NCBI GenBank assembly: GCA_038231435.1 | Contig: JBBRLJ010000069.1 | Span: forward strand, 1-15,743 | DNA length: 15,743 nt | From: Planctomycetota bacterium | GTDB lineage: Bacteria > Planctomycetota > UBA11346 | Reading direction: 5' to 3' | In this document: piece after piece, positions 1-8,266 of the stretch | Numbering within the stretch: the first letter of the stretch is position 1 | Layout of the letters: each line of letters opens with the position of its first letter | Translations under genes and position numbers: made by a program | Notes under the pieces: model-generated | The model's input: the letters and a program-made list of their open reading frames with translations, nothing else | What the model was told of the DNA's origin: nothing | The model's database searches: none

Positions 1-135
1 CAGATGGAGGGATTCAACAACCTCGTCTCCAGGTTGATCCACCGCGCCAACGGCATCAGGTCCTTGCTCTACCTGTTCCGCCGGGCCAGGGCCGCCGTCC
101 TCAGACCCCGTCAAGCTGTCTGCGGTCCTGCATGA
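1..135 (+). CDS. ISL3-family transposase, C-terminal fragment (5' part outside window)
   Basis: Frame 1 reads QMEGFNNLVSRLIHRANGIRSLLYLFRRARAAVLRPRQAVCGPA*. This matches the ISL3 C-terminal pattern EGxNNxIKxIKRxAYGFRxxxxF that carries the catalytic E of the DDE triad. Not in the ORF track. Confidence 0.8.
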   Translation, partial: QMEGFNNLVSRLIHRANGIRSLLYLFRRARAAVLRPRQAVCGPA

Positions 136-158
136 GACCCACTTTTAATAAGTGGGGC
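1..158 (+). mobile_element. Right end of a putative ISL3-family insertion sequence (boundary uncertain)
   Basis: Transposase stop at 135 is followed directly by gacccacttttaataagtggggc, which loosely resembles ISL3 right ends, and then AT-rich tttcatca. The left IR is outside the window, so the end cannot be confirmed. Confidence 0.45.
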
Positions 159-169
159 TTTCATCAAGT

Positions 170-211
170 GGGGCTACGGCCCCCCTTCAAACGGCCTCCG
201 GCCTGACCCCC
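170..211. repeat. Dispersed palindromic repeat, copy A (related copy at 11024-11063, partial copy at 303-325)
   Basis: ggggctacggccccccttcaaacggcctccggcctgaccccc. Two small hairpins, with the same organisation as 11024-11063. Confidence 0.7.
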
Positions 212-302
212 TGGGAAGCCGACTACTGGGTGGGATGGGAAGCGGTCGGCGGCGCCGCTTCACCTCAGAAATGGGCCTAGCCCACTGAGTAATCCTCCTC
301 AG

Positions 303-325
303 AACGGCCTCCGGCCTGTCCCCCC
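303..325. repeat. Partial copy of the dispersed palindromic repeat
   Basis: aacggcctccggcctgtcccccc, near-identical to 190-211. Confidence 0.6.
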
Positions 326-371
326 AGGAGGCAGGGAGCAGGGGATTTTGGCGGCTGTCGCCGTCGCGAAG

Positions 372-1412
372 TTAATGTGGTATCGGCGCCAAGGTGCTGG
401 TCGCTTGGTCTAGCGCTGTGGTGACACGATCGGCCAGCAGCGCGATGAAGAGCGGGTGGTCGTGGACGCTGCGGGCGCGGTGGAGGGTGATGCCGAGGCG
501 GTCGGCGAGGTGTTTCGCGTCGATGTCGAGGTCGTAGAGGACTTCGGTGTGGTCGACGAGGAAGCCGGCGGCGGCGAGGATGATGTCCTTCACGCCACGG
601 CGGTGGGCGTCCTCGATGACCGAGAGGATATCGGGCGACGACCATGGAATGCTGCTGTCGCCGGGCTGACTCTGGAAGGCGATGCGGTGCTCGGGATGGC
701 CAAAGGCGGCAGCGGCGAGCAGAGAGGTTTCCGCGAATTGGCGGCGATAGGGCGAGGTCGACTCGACGGGCTGGGGCACGGCGTGCGCCGTGAACACCAG
801 CTCCGCGCGCGCACGGCGGTCGGCGACGAGCGTTGCTGTCGCCTCGCGCAGGCGATCGGCGATGGCGCTGACGAAACCGTCTGCGTTCCACCATGGCTCG
901 GCGACGGCAACGATCTGCGGCGCCTTCGCGCCGAGCTGCTCGGCGGCCTCGGCGGCGTGCTTGAGGTACCAATCCCAGCTCACGCTCGACTGGTGCGGCG
1001 CCATCACCAGCAGCACCACGCGCTCGCAGCCGCGCGCGCGCAGTTCGCGCAAGCCGTCTGATGACCATGGTCGCCAGTGCCGGAAGCCGCAGGCGACCTG
1101 CAGCGGACGGCCCCTGCGTTCGAGTTCGGTGCGCAGCGCCTCGGCCTGCAGGCTCGTGAGCTGGTTGTAGGGGCTGAAGCCCCCGAGCTGGCGGTAATGG
1201 CCGGCGACTTCAGCCACGCGTCGCGCGCGCGCGGGATTGTCGCCCAGGATCCCCGAGACGAAGCATTCGGCCTCGCAGCCGGGCGTGCGCGGGCACGTGG
1301 CTCGGCGCTCGCAGCAGCCGGGCGTCGGCCCGCCGAAACCGAGCAGCAGCACGCCGTGCTTCGGCTCGCCTCGCTTCCTCTCGTCCAGGTTCATCTCGGC
1401 CCGATCGCCCAT
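372..1412 (-). CDS. hemH: Ferrochelatase (actinobacterial-like coproporphyrin ferrochelatase type)
   Basis: Motifs LLLGFGGP, HYRQLGGFSPYN, FTAHAVP, FQSQPG..PWSSPD, GFLVDHTEVLYDLD. Start placed at ATG 1412, preceded by GGAGG; GTG 1442 is an alternative. Confidence 0.93.
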   Translation of the reverse strand: MGDRAEMNLDERKRGEPKHGVLLLGFGGPTPGCCERRATCPRTPGCEAECFVSGILGDNPARARRVAEVAGHYRQLGGFSPYNQLTSLQAEALRTELERRGRPLQVACGFRHWRPWSSDGLRELRARGCERVVLLVMAPHQSSVSWDWYLKHAAEAAEQLGAKAPQIVAVAEPWWNADGFVSAIADRLREATATLVADRRARAELVFTAHAVPQPVESTSPYRRQFAETSLLAAAAFGHPEHRIAFQSQPGDSSIPWSSPDILSVIEDAHRRGVKDIILAAAGFLVDHTEVLYDLDIDAKHLADRLGITLHRARSVHDHPLFIALLADRVTTALDQATSTLAPIPH

Positions 1413-1547
1413 GCCGCCTCCGCGTAGAACCCCGTTATCCACCTGCCGCGCGAAGACGTTGCGCCGTCGCCCCGCACACTGTGGGAAATCCCTACGGCGG
1501 GCAACCTGCCACCGCGAATAGGTTCCCGCCTCACTCAGGAGATCGTC

Positions 1548-2561
1548 ATGAAGTCGTTCGTACCCGTCGTCGCGCTCAGCACCGCCCTCTTCGCCCTTGG
1601 AGGTTGCGGCCAGAAACAGGATGTCGCCCCGCTCGATCCGCAGGCAGCCGCCATCCAGGACAGCAGCGCCTCGGAGTCGGGCATGTCGCAGAGCCTCGGC
1701 GCAGCAACCCAGTCCCTAGTGGACCACGCCACCCAAGGCACCCCGGGCGATCAGCCCACCAGTTTCGCCAGCGGCGGTAGCAATGCGGGCGGCATGGATC
1801 GCCTGGTCATCACCGCCACGGTCGATGTCGATGTCGTGCTCGAGAACGTCCTCGACGCCGGCGGACACCGGAAATACCCGAATCTCAGCGGTAATATCCA
1901 CGTCCACGCCGATGGCGAGGTGGTGAACAGCTGGCCGACCGCGGCCGCGACCATGGCCCACCACGTGGTCACCGTGACCTTCGACCACGTGACGTACCAT
2001 GACCCCGAGTGCGGCGCGACCGCGACGCTGGTCAGCGGCGCGTACACCTACGACCTCGATTCGGACTACCACTACACCTCCAACCAGAACTGGACCGCGT
2101 CGTTCGACGCCAAGCTCAGCGTCGGCTCCGGCACGGCTCTGGTGTGGACGGTGTCGCGCCCCGCACATGCGCTGCGCACGGTCTCGCTGTTCGGCGTGCG
2201 CGACGCGCATCTGGATCTGGCGCGCAGCAACAACGGCGGCACCGTCAACCGCCTGGTGGTCGACGCCCAGATCGACGGCACCAACGGCGATGGCACCACG
2301 CTCGATGGCGTGGTCGGCATTGATCCCGGCGCCGCCACGGACAGCTACACCAATTGGGACTTCACCGTGAACGGCACCGACCACCTGGTCTGGAATCGCC
2401 GCGCCATCCTGCATGTGCAGTGGGATTTCCCCGCGGTCGGTCCCGCCGGATTCGCGATCAGCGGCAGCGACCAGGTCTTCCTGACCCTCAATGGGACCAA
2501 GACCGGGCCTTACGCGGCGGATCAGCTGCGCGCGCAGTTCCACTGCAAGCTGGATGACTGA
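1548..2561 (+). CDS. Uncharacterised lipoprotein, predicted beta-rich
   Basis: AGGAGA RBS upstream; signal peptide MKSFVPVVALSTALFALGG-C with lipobox; GC3-rich codon usage; T/D/V/G-rich alternating strands. Confidence 0.85.
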   Translation: MKSFVPVVALSTALFALGGCGQKQDVAPLDPQAAAIQDSSASESGMSQSLGAATQSLVDHATQGTPGDQPTSFASGGSNAGGMDRLVITATVDVDVVLENVLDAGGHRKYPNLSGNIHVHADGEVVNSWPTAAATMAHHVVTVTFDHVTYHDPECGATATLVSGAYTYDLDSDYHYTSNQNWTASFDAKLSVGSGTALVWTVSRPAHALRTVSLFGVRDAHLDLARSNNGGTVNRLVVDAQIDGTNGDGTTLDGVVGIDPGAATDSYTNWDFTVNGTDHLVWNRRAILHVQWDFPAVGPAGFAISGSDQVFLTLNGTKTGPYAADQLRAQFHCKLDD

Positions 2562-2564
2562 ACG

Positions 2565-2810
2565 TCACGCGATCCGCGGGCTGCGCCCGCACTCGCTGCG
2601 CTCGTTTGTCCGGCTGCGCCGGACGGATCGCTACGACAGCCGGGGGGTCGAGGACGACCCCCCCGGCAACGCGCCTGTCGGCGCTGCCCCCCTCGCGAGA
2701 ACGCGGATGTTCTGCAAGCACGCGCGGGCTGCGCCCGCGCTCGAGATCACGCGATCCGCGGGCTGCGCCCGCACTCGCTGCGCTCGTTTGTCCGGCTGCG
2801 CCGGACGGAT
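2565..2810. repeat. REP/BIME-like cluster: two identical 64-bp direct repeats (2565-2628, 2747-2810) plus extra hairpins
   Basis: tcacgcgatccgcgggctgcgcccgcactcgctgcgctcgtttgtccggctgcgccggacggat occurs twice. Additional hairpins at 2639-2667 and 2722-2740. Lies between convergent genes. Confidence 0.9.
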
Positions 2811-2826
2811 GGTTGGCTCTGGGCCG

Positions 2827-3366
2827 CTAGTCGCCGGCCAGCATGGCGGTGAAGAAGCGGGGGAGACTGGCGAAGGTGGTGACCAGGTCGCCGTAGGAGG
2901 AGGGCTTCACCAGGAAGGCGGAGGCTCCCAGGTCGAGGCAGCGGCGGCGGTCGTTCGGGGAGCTCGAGGTGGTGAACATCACCACGGAGATCGCGTCCGT
3001 AGTGGCGTCAGACTTCAATCTCGTCAGCACGTCGAGGCCGCTCATGCCGGGCATGTTGAGGTCCAGGAGCACCAGGCAGCGCTGCGCTGCGACGGCTTCG
3101 ATGAGGCGGTCGCTCGGTTCGGCGAGCAGGGCCAGCAGGTCGTCGCCGCGAGGGAAGGCCATGAGCTCGGCATCGAATCCGCTGTCGGCGAGCGCCTCGC
3201 CCATCAGCACGCGGTCTGCCGCGTCATCGTCGACGATGATCAGCAGGGGACGCAGCCGGGGGAGGCGGCTCGCCTGCTCCGCCGGAGATGACGCTTCATC
3301 GTCCAATGGATCCGATGAATCCGATGAATCCGATGAAGAAGAGGCGTGCGCGTTCACTGGCGGCAT
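2827..3366 (-). CDS. Single-domain response regulator (receiver, Rcp1/CheY-like)
   Basis: LIIVDDD acidic pocket, LVLLDLNMPGMSGLDVL with phosphoacceptor D, VVMFTTSS, GASAFLVKP. Start uncertain (ATG 3366; TTG 3396 alternative). Confidence 0.9.
   Translation of the reverse strand: MPPVNAHASSSSDSSDSSDPLDDEASSPAEQASRLPRLRPLLIIVDDDAADRVLMGEALADSGFDAELMAFPRGDDLLALLAEPSDRLIEAVAAQRCLVLLDLNMPGMSGLDVLTRLKSDATTDAISVVMFTTSSSPNDRRRCLDLGASAFLVKPSSYGDLVTTFASLPRFFTAMLAGD
3310..3336. repeat. 9-bp tandem repeat (atccgatga)x3 encoding Ser-Ser-Asp repeats
   Basis: Three perfect units read directly, in the N-terminal extension of the response regulator. Confidence 0.8.
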
Positions 3367-3397
3367 CTTGCGCGCGGCACTCTGCGGCCCAAGCAAA

Positions 3398-4204
3398 TCA
3401 GGCCTGCTGCGTCGGCAGCTCGAGGCGCACGCGCACGGCCGAGCGGAACCGCGCCAGCGTCAGCTCGTCGTGCTCGCTGCCGGCCGTGGAGCTGGGAAGG
3501 GCCGGGAAGCGCGCGCGCATCCTGCCCGCGTTCACCTTGTCGGCGATGCCCCACCACAACCGTTCGCGCGCGGCGAGGCTGGCGGCGCAGCCGCGGCGGA
3601 TCTGCTCCTGCGCGTCAGGGGTAGTCGCGTAGCGGGCGAGCGCCTCCTCGAGCCAGGCGGCGTGGTCCACGTCCTGCGCGGTATGCAGCGTGAAGTAACC
3701 GATCTCGTCCTCGGCGAAGCCCGCCTGGCGCAGGCCGCGGAGGATGTTCTCGAACATGGTCGGGATCGCCCACTCGTGACCCGGGCCGACCGCACCGAGG
3801 CCGACCAGAAAGGGTTCGTGCACGCACAGCCGCAGGTGCTCGACGATGAAACCGGTGACGGCGGGATGCAGGCTGATGCCGTCGAGCTCGTCGTCGCGCC
3901 AGCCGCAGGCGCGCATGAACACGCGGTAGTGGGCGGCGTGGTCCTGCGCCTCGGAGCGCTCGCCATATTCGTCGACCAGCACCTTGGCCAGCCACAGCTT
4001 GGCCTCCGATGACGGCGCGTTCAAGAGCAGTAGCTCGAGATAGCGCGTGAAGGTGCCGACCAGCGGGTAGTGCTGACCCGAGAAGATCTTGAAGTCGTGG
4101 CGCTGTTTCGGGTCCATTTCCATGCGCCCGAGCAGCGAATGCCCCAGCCCTGGATGGTGCGCGACCTCGTCGTGCAGCTGCCTGAGGAATGCGCGCGCGT
4201 CCAT
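3398..4204 (-). CDS. Heme-oxygenase-like diiron / iron-containing redox enzyme (TenA-PqqC-CADD fold)
   Basis: Helical protein with metal-ligand pattern VLVDEYG..DHAAHY, GHEWAIP, YFTLHTAQDVDHA (E-H, E, HxxxDxxH). Confidence 0.8.
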   Translation of the reverse strand: MDARAFLRQLHDEVAHHPGLGHSLLGRMEMDPKQRHDFKIFSGQHYPLVGTFTRYLELLLLNAPSSEAKLWLAKVLVDEYGERSEAQDHAAHYRVFMRACGWRDDELDGISLHPAVTGFIVEHLRLCVHEPFLVGLGAVGPGHEWAIPTMFENILRGLRQAGFAEDEIGYFTLHTAQDVDHAAWLEEALARYATTPDAQEQIRRGCAASLAARERLWWGIADKVNAGRMRARFPALPSSTAGSEHDELTLARFRSAVRVRLELPTQQA

Positions 4205-4339
4205 CCCCGGAAGCGTATCCGCGGCGGCGCCGGCGGCTACGCCAGGTGCGCGGCGAGCGCGGCCCTGCTAATCCCTCATGAAACCCGCGAGGGACGGAAT
4301 CCACCGATCGACGGAAATTTCATTCGAACACAATAAACG

Positions 4340-4444
4340 TGCGAGGACCGTTATCGACCACGATGCCAAGGCGCCGAAGCCGCAAGCGGTAGTCATCTAC
4401 CGCCAGGCAAGGCAACGCCGGCAGCGTGGTCGAGAACGGCCGCA
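4340..4444. other. Long imperfect inverted repeat / rod-like stem-loop (candidate structured RNA or gyrB 3' stabiliser)
   Basis: 4348-4367 pairs with 4420-4439 (18/20); apical gcggtag-tcat-ctaccgc at 4386-4403; short intermediate GC stems. Confidence 0.65.
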
Positions 4445-4456
4445 GCAAGGCCGCGG

Positions 4457-7114
4457 CTAGACGTCGAGCTTCTTGGCGACGGCCAGCGCGAAGCGTTCGA
4501 TGAAGTCGCGACGGATCGCGACATCGGTGCCCATCAGGGTCGCGAACATGCGCTCGGCCTCGATCGCATCAGACAACCCCACCTTGAACATGCGGCGCTT
4601 GGTCGGATCCATGGTGGTCTCCCACAGCTGGTCCGGATTCATCTCGCCGAGACCCTTGTAGCGCTGGATCTCCATGCCGCGCGAGCCGAACGCCTTGATC
4701 GTGGGAACGATCGCGCGCAGCTGGGTCATGGGCACCTCTTCCTTGGCATCCTTGAGGACGAAGGGAGCGATGCGCCCCGGGGCATCGAGCAGGTACTCGG
4801 GATTGTGCCCGAGCACACGCAACCGGTCGAGACTGCGTTCGATGGTGTCGCGCTCGTGGAATTCGATGATCTCGGGAACGATTGGCGGCAAGCCGTCGAC
4901 GGTGGTCGGCGCGACGATCGGCTGGCCGGCCTTGCGCCCGAGCAGCTCGTCGAGCTCATCCTCGCTGAACAGGAAGCGCTCGGCCTCGCCGATGCGCGCG
5001 CGGTACAGCGGCAGCAGCCCACGGCCGTTGCGCAGCGCGAGGTACTCGTTGAAGGTCAGGCCCTTGAGCGCGAGCACGCGCTCGTGCTCGTCGAACTCCT
5101 GGAGCAGCTCGACCAGCGATCCGAGCGCGGCTCCGCCGATCTCGCGCTCGCGCGCCCCGGTACGATCGATGAGCACCGCGCCATCGAGGCCGAGGCGGAT
5201 GATCTCGCCGGACAGGCGCTTGTCGTTGTAGACGTATTCAGACGACTTGCCGCGGGTGACGCGGTACAGCGGCGGCTGCGCGACGTAGATGTGGCCGGTC
5301 TCGATCAGCTGGTGCATCTGCCGGTAGAAGAAGGTGAGCAGCAGGGTGCGGATGTGCGAACCGTCGACGTCGGCGTCGGTCATGATGACGATCTTGCCGT
5401 AGCGCAGGCCGGCGAGATTGAACTCGTCGCCGATGCCGGTGCCCATGGCCTGGATCATCGCCGAGATCTCGCTGTGGCCGATGACCTTGTCGAGGCGCGC
5501 CTTCTCGACGTTGATGATCTTTCCCTTCAGCGGCAGGATCGCCTGGTACATGGCATTGCTGCCGCGCTTGGCGCTGCCGCCGGCGGAATCGCCCTCGACC
5601 AGGAACAGCTCGGTCTCGTCGACGTTGCGGCTCTGGCAGTCGCGCAGCTTGTCGGGCATGCCGGCGCTGTTGAGCATGCTCTTGCGGTTCTTACGCGCGA
5701 GATCGCGGGCCTTGCGCGCGGCTTCGCGCGCGTCCATCGCGGCGCAGGCCTTGGCGATCAGGCCCTTGGCGATCTTGGGGTTCTCTTGGCAGTAATCCTT
5801 GAGCGAGTCGCCGAGCAGGCCCTGGACGATGCCCGAGATCTCGATGTTGATCAGCTTGTCCTTGGTCTGGCCGCTGAACTTGGGGTCGGGCAGCTTGACC
5901 GAGATGATCGCGCACACGCCTTCGCGCAGATCCTCGCCGGTCGGGGGCTTCTCGGTCTTGAGGATGTTCGCGGACTTGGCGTAGGAGTTGAATTCGCGCG
6001 TCAGCGCCGTCTTGAAGCCCTCGAGATGGGTGCCGCCGTCGCGGTTTCGGATGTTGTTGGCGAAGCAGATCAGCTGCTCGTCATAGCCGTCGTTGTACTG
6101 CATCGCCAGCTCGACCATCACGCCGTCGGGGGTCTCCTTCTGGAAATGGATGACGGGATGGATGGCTTCCTTGCCCTGGTTCAGGTAGCGCACGAACGCG
6201 GCCAGGCCGTCGGTCGAGTAGAACACCTCGCCCTTGCCCTCTTCGCGCAGGTCCTGGAGGTTGATGCGCACGCCGCTGTTGAGGAAGGACAGCTCGCGCA
6301 GGCGCGCCGCCACGACCTTGAAATCGGGAATGACGTTCTCGCCGAAGATTTCGGTGTCGACCTTGTAGTGCACGGTGGTGCCGCGCTCCTTGGCGTCGCC
6401 CACGGTCTCGAGCTTGGTCACGGCCAGGCCGCGCTCGAAGCGCATGCGGTAGTGCTTGCCGTTGCGCTTGACGTCGGCCACCAGCCACTGCGACACCGCG
6501 TTGACGCAGCTGACGCCGACGCCGTGCAGGCCGCCCGAGACCTTGTAGCTGTTGCGGTCGAACTTTCCGCCCGCGTGCAGCACCGTGAGCACCACTTCGA
6601 GCGTCGAGCGTCCGTCGGACGGATGCGGCTCGACGGGGATGCCGCGGCCGTTGTCGGACACCGACACGGAATTATCGGCGTGGATGGTGACGATGACCTC
6701 GGTGCAATGTCCGGCGAGGGCCTCGTCGATGGCGTTGTCGACCACTTCCCAGACGCATTGGTAGAGACCGTTGGATCCCGGATCGCCGATGTACATGCCA
6801 GGGCGCTTGCGCACCGCGGCCATGCCCTCGAGCACCTGGATGTTGTCGGCCGAATAGTCGCTGGACGCCTGGCCCTGCGACTTCACCGACGGAGAGCCGG
6901 CCTGCGGACCCGCGGGAGCGTTCGATGGCGACGGTGATGACGAGGATGGCGGCGGCGTTGAGGATGCCTGGGACATGGGGTTCGGAATGCTCGCGTTCTT
7001 GGTGGGTTTGAGCGTGCCGTCCATTGACGGTGGAGATGTGACGGCGGGCTGGACGGCGGATTTCGAGGCCCCCTGGAGCGGCATGGCGGCGGGCTGGGAC
7101 GGGTCCGATGCCAT
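4457..7114 (-). CDS. gyrB: DNA gyrase subunit B
   Basis: [77 protein letters not shown] insertion, [11 protein letters not shown]-terminal LDV. Start placed at ATG 7114 with GGAG upstream; ATG 6976 is an alternative. Confidence 0.97.
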   Translation of the reverse strand: MASDPSQPAAMPLQGASKSAVQPAVTSPPSMDGTLKPTKNASIPNPMSQASSTPPPSSSSPSPSNAPAGPQAGSPSVKSQGQASSDYSADNIQVLEGMAAVRKRPGMYIGDPGSNGLYQCVWEVVDNAIDEALAGHCTEVIVTIHADNSVSVSDNGRGIPVEPHPSDGRSTLEVVLTVLHAGGKFDRNSYKVSGGLHGVGVSCVNAVSQWLVADVKRNGKHYRMRFERGLAVTKLETVGDAKERGTTVHYKVDTEIFGENVIPDFKVVAARLRELSFLNSGVRINLQDLREEGKGEVFYSTDGLAAFVRYLNQGKEAIHPVIHFQKETPDGVMVELAMQYNDGYDEQLICFANNIRNRDGGTHLEGFKTALTREFNSYAKSANILKTEKPPTGEDLREGVCAIISVKLPDPKFSGQTKDKLINIEISGIVQGLLGDSLKDYCQENPKIAKGLIAKACAAMDAREAARKARDLARKNRKSMLNSAGMPDKLRDCQSRNVDETELFLVEGDSAGGSAKRGSNAMYQAILPLKGKIINVEKARLDKVIGHSEISAMIQAMGTGIGDEFNLAGLRYGKIVIMTDADVDGSHIRTLLLTFFYRQMHQLIETGHIYVAQPPLYRVTRGKSSEYVYNDKRLSGEIIRLGLDGAVLIDRTGAREREIGGAALGSLVELLQEFDEHERVLALKGLTFNEYLALRNGRGLLPLYRARIGEAERFLFSEDELDELLGRKAGQPIVAPTTVDGLPPIVPEIIEFHERDTIERSLDRLRVLGHNPEYLLDAPGRIAPFVLKDAKEEVPMTQLRAIVPTIKAFGSRGMEIQRYKGLGEMNPDQLWETTMDPTKRRMFKVGLSDAIEAERMFATLMGTDVAIRRDFIERFALAVAKKLDV

Positions 7115-7368
7115 GCGCTCTCCAGCCACTTCGCGGTGCTCCCTCGATGTGGAGGAGCGTTCCGGAAATGGGGTGGGCCGAGTGTACCCGCATGCCGGAT
7201 GAGGCAATGATTTCCGCTGGCGAAAATGCCCTTCGCAGACGGGTGTCGCAGGTCTGGCCACGGGTGAAATCCCGACCGCGCGCCGCTCCCGAATCATCGG
7301 AGTTTGCCTTGCACCACGCATGTCCACGGCACGGTGCGTGCATGCGTCCAGACCGTCGCGGAGCCAGC

Positions 7369-8262
7369 GTGCGCACGCCACCGGCGGTGGCGCCGGAGCT
7401 GTTCCTCGCCGAGGCCGCGCGCCTGGCCGACGCCGCGCTCGAACGCGCCCTGCCACCGCTCGCCGCGCCGCCCGCGCGGCTGCACGCGGCCATGCGCCAC
7501 AGCGTCTTCGCCGGCGGCAAGCGCCTGCGCCCAGCGCTGGCCCTGGGCGCGTGCCGCGCCTGCGCTGGCGCCGATGAGCCGTGCTTCCCGGCGATGGCCG
7601 CGGTCGAACTGCTGCACACCTACACTCTGATCCACGACGACCTGCCGGCGATGGACGACGACGACCTGCGTCGCGGACGGCCCACCTGCCACAAGGCCTT
7701 CGACGAGGCCACCGCGATACTCGCGGGGGACGCGTTGCAGGCTCTGGCATTCGCGCGGGTCGGGGCGCTCGGGGTGAGCGCGGTCGGCGTGCTCGCGTAC
7801 GCCGCGGGCAGCCTCGGCGTGGTCGGCGGACAGCAGGAGGACCTCGATGCCGAGGGCGCGCCCGTCGACGGCTCGCCCGCATGCCGCGAACGGCTCGAGC
7901 GCATCCACCGCGGTAAGACCGCCGCGCTGATAGCGGCCTCATGCGAACTCGGGGCGATCGCGGCGGGGGCTTCGGACGACGAGCGCGCGGCGCTGCGCGC
8001 CTATGGCGAGGCGGTCGGCCTCGCCTTCCAGATCGCCGACGACGTGCTCGACGCCACCGCCAGCGCCGCGGCGCTCGGCAAGACGCCCGGCAAGGACGCA
8101 GCCCAAGGCAAGCTGACCTACGTCGCGGTCTTCGGTCTCGAGGCGGCACGCGTCCAGGCCGCGCGCCATGCCGATGCGGCGGTGGCGGCGCTGGCGCCGT
8201 TCGGCCCGGCCGGCGAGCAGCTCACGGCTCTTGCGCGCTTCATCGTCAGCCGCGACCATTGA
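7369..8262 (+). CDS. ispA: Short-chain polyprenyl diphosphate synthase (FPP/GGPP synthase)
   Basis: GGKRLRP, HTYTLIHDDLPAMDDDDLRRG (first Asp-rich motif, Tyr five residues upstream), GQQEDL, KTAALI, FQIADDVLD, GKTPGKD. Start GTG 7369 after GGAG; ATG 7342 is an alternative. Confidence 0.93.
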   Translation: MRTPPAVAPELFLAEAARLADAALERALPPLAAPPARLHAAMRHSVFAGGKRLRPALALGACRACAGADEPCFPAMAAVELLHTYTLIHDDLPAMDDDDLRRGRPTCHKAFDEATAILAGDALQALAFARVGALGVSAVGVLAYAAGSLGVVGGQQEDLDAEGAPVDGSPACRERLERIHRGKTAALIAASCELGAIAAGASDDERAALRAYGEAVGLAFQIADDVLDATASAAALGKTPGKDAAQGKLTYVAVFGLEAARVQAARHADAAVAALAPFGPAGEQLTALARFIVSRDH

Positions 8263-8266
8263 GCCG

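Noticed and set aside
4205..4339. Riboswitch in the leader of the HDO gene
   Set aside because: Only a short tccctc/gaggga stem; no TPP, cobalamin, SAM or FMN consensus recognised by eye.
4397..4430. SRP (4.5S) or 6S RNA
   Set aside because: CAGG...GCAGC is present but lacks the 3-bp stem with GNRA tetraloop and AGCA of SRP helix 8; too short and without the central bubble of 6S.
4805..6937. 710-aa ORF on the + strand
   Set aside because: Antisense shadow of gyrB, typical of high-GC codon bias; no recognisable motifs. The same applies to 456-1061, 1716-2543, 8246-9283 and 9270-10610.
4457..7114. Topoisomerase IV ParE
   Set aside because: The long TOPRIM insertion and C-terminal LDV fit GyrB better; a phylogeny would settle it.
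7181..7207. Sigma70 promoter for gyrB (TTGCCT...TACACT, minus strand)
   Set aside because: Spacer is only 15 nt; not supportable without TSS data.
7316..7347. Bulged inverted repeat upstream of ispA
   Set aside because: Single copy with no family loop; plausible by chance in GC-rich DNA.
7115..8149. 1230-aa GyrB fusion suggested by the ORF track
   Set aside because: The first 345 aa are Arg-rich shadow sequence antisense to ispA; a credible RBS and ATG lie at 7114.
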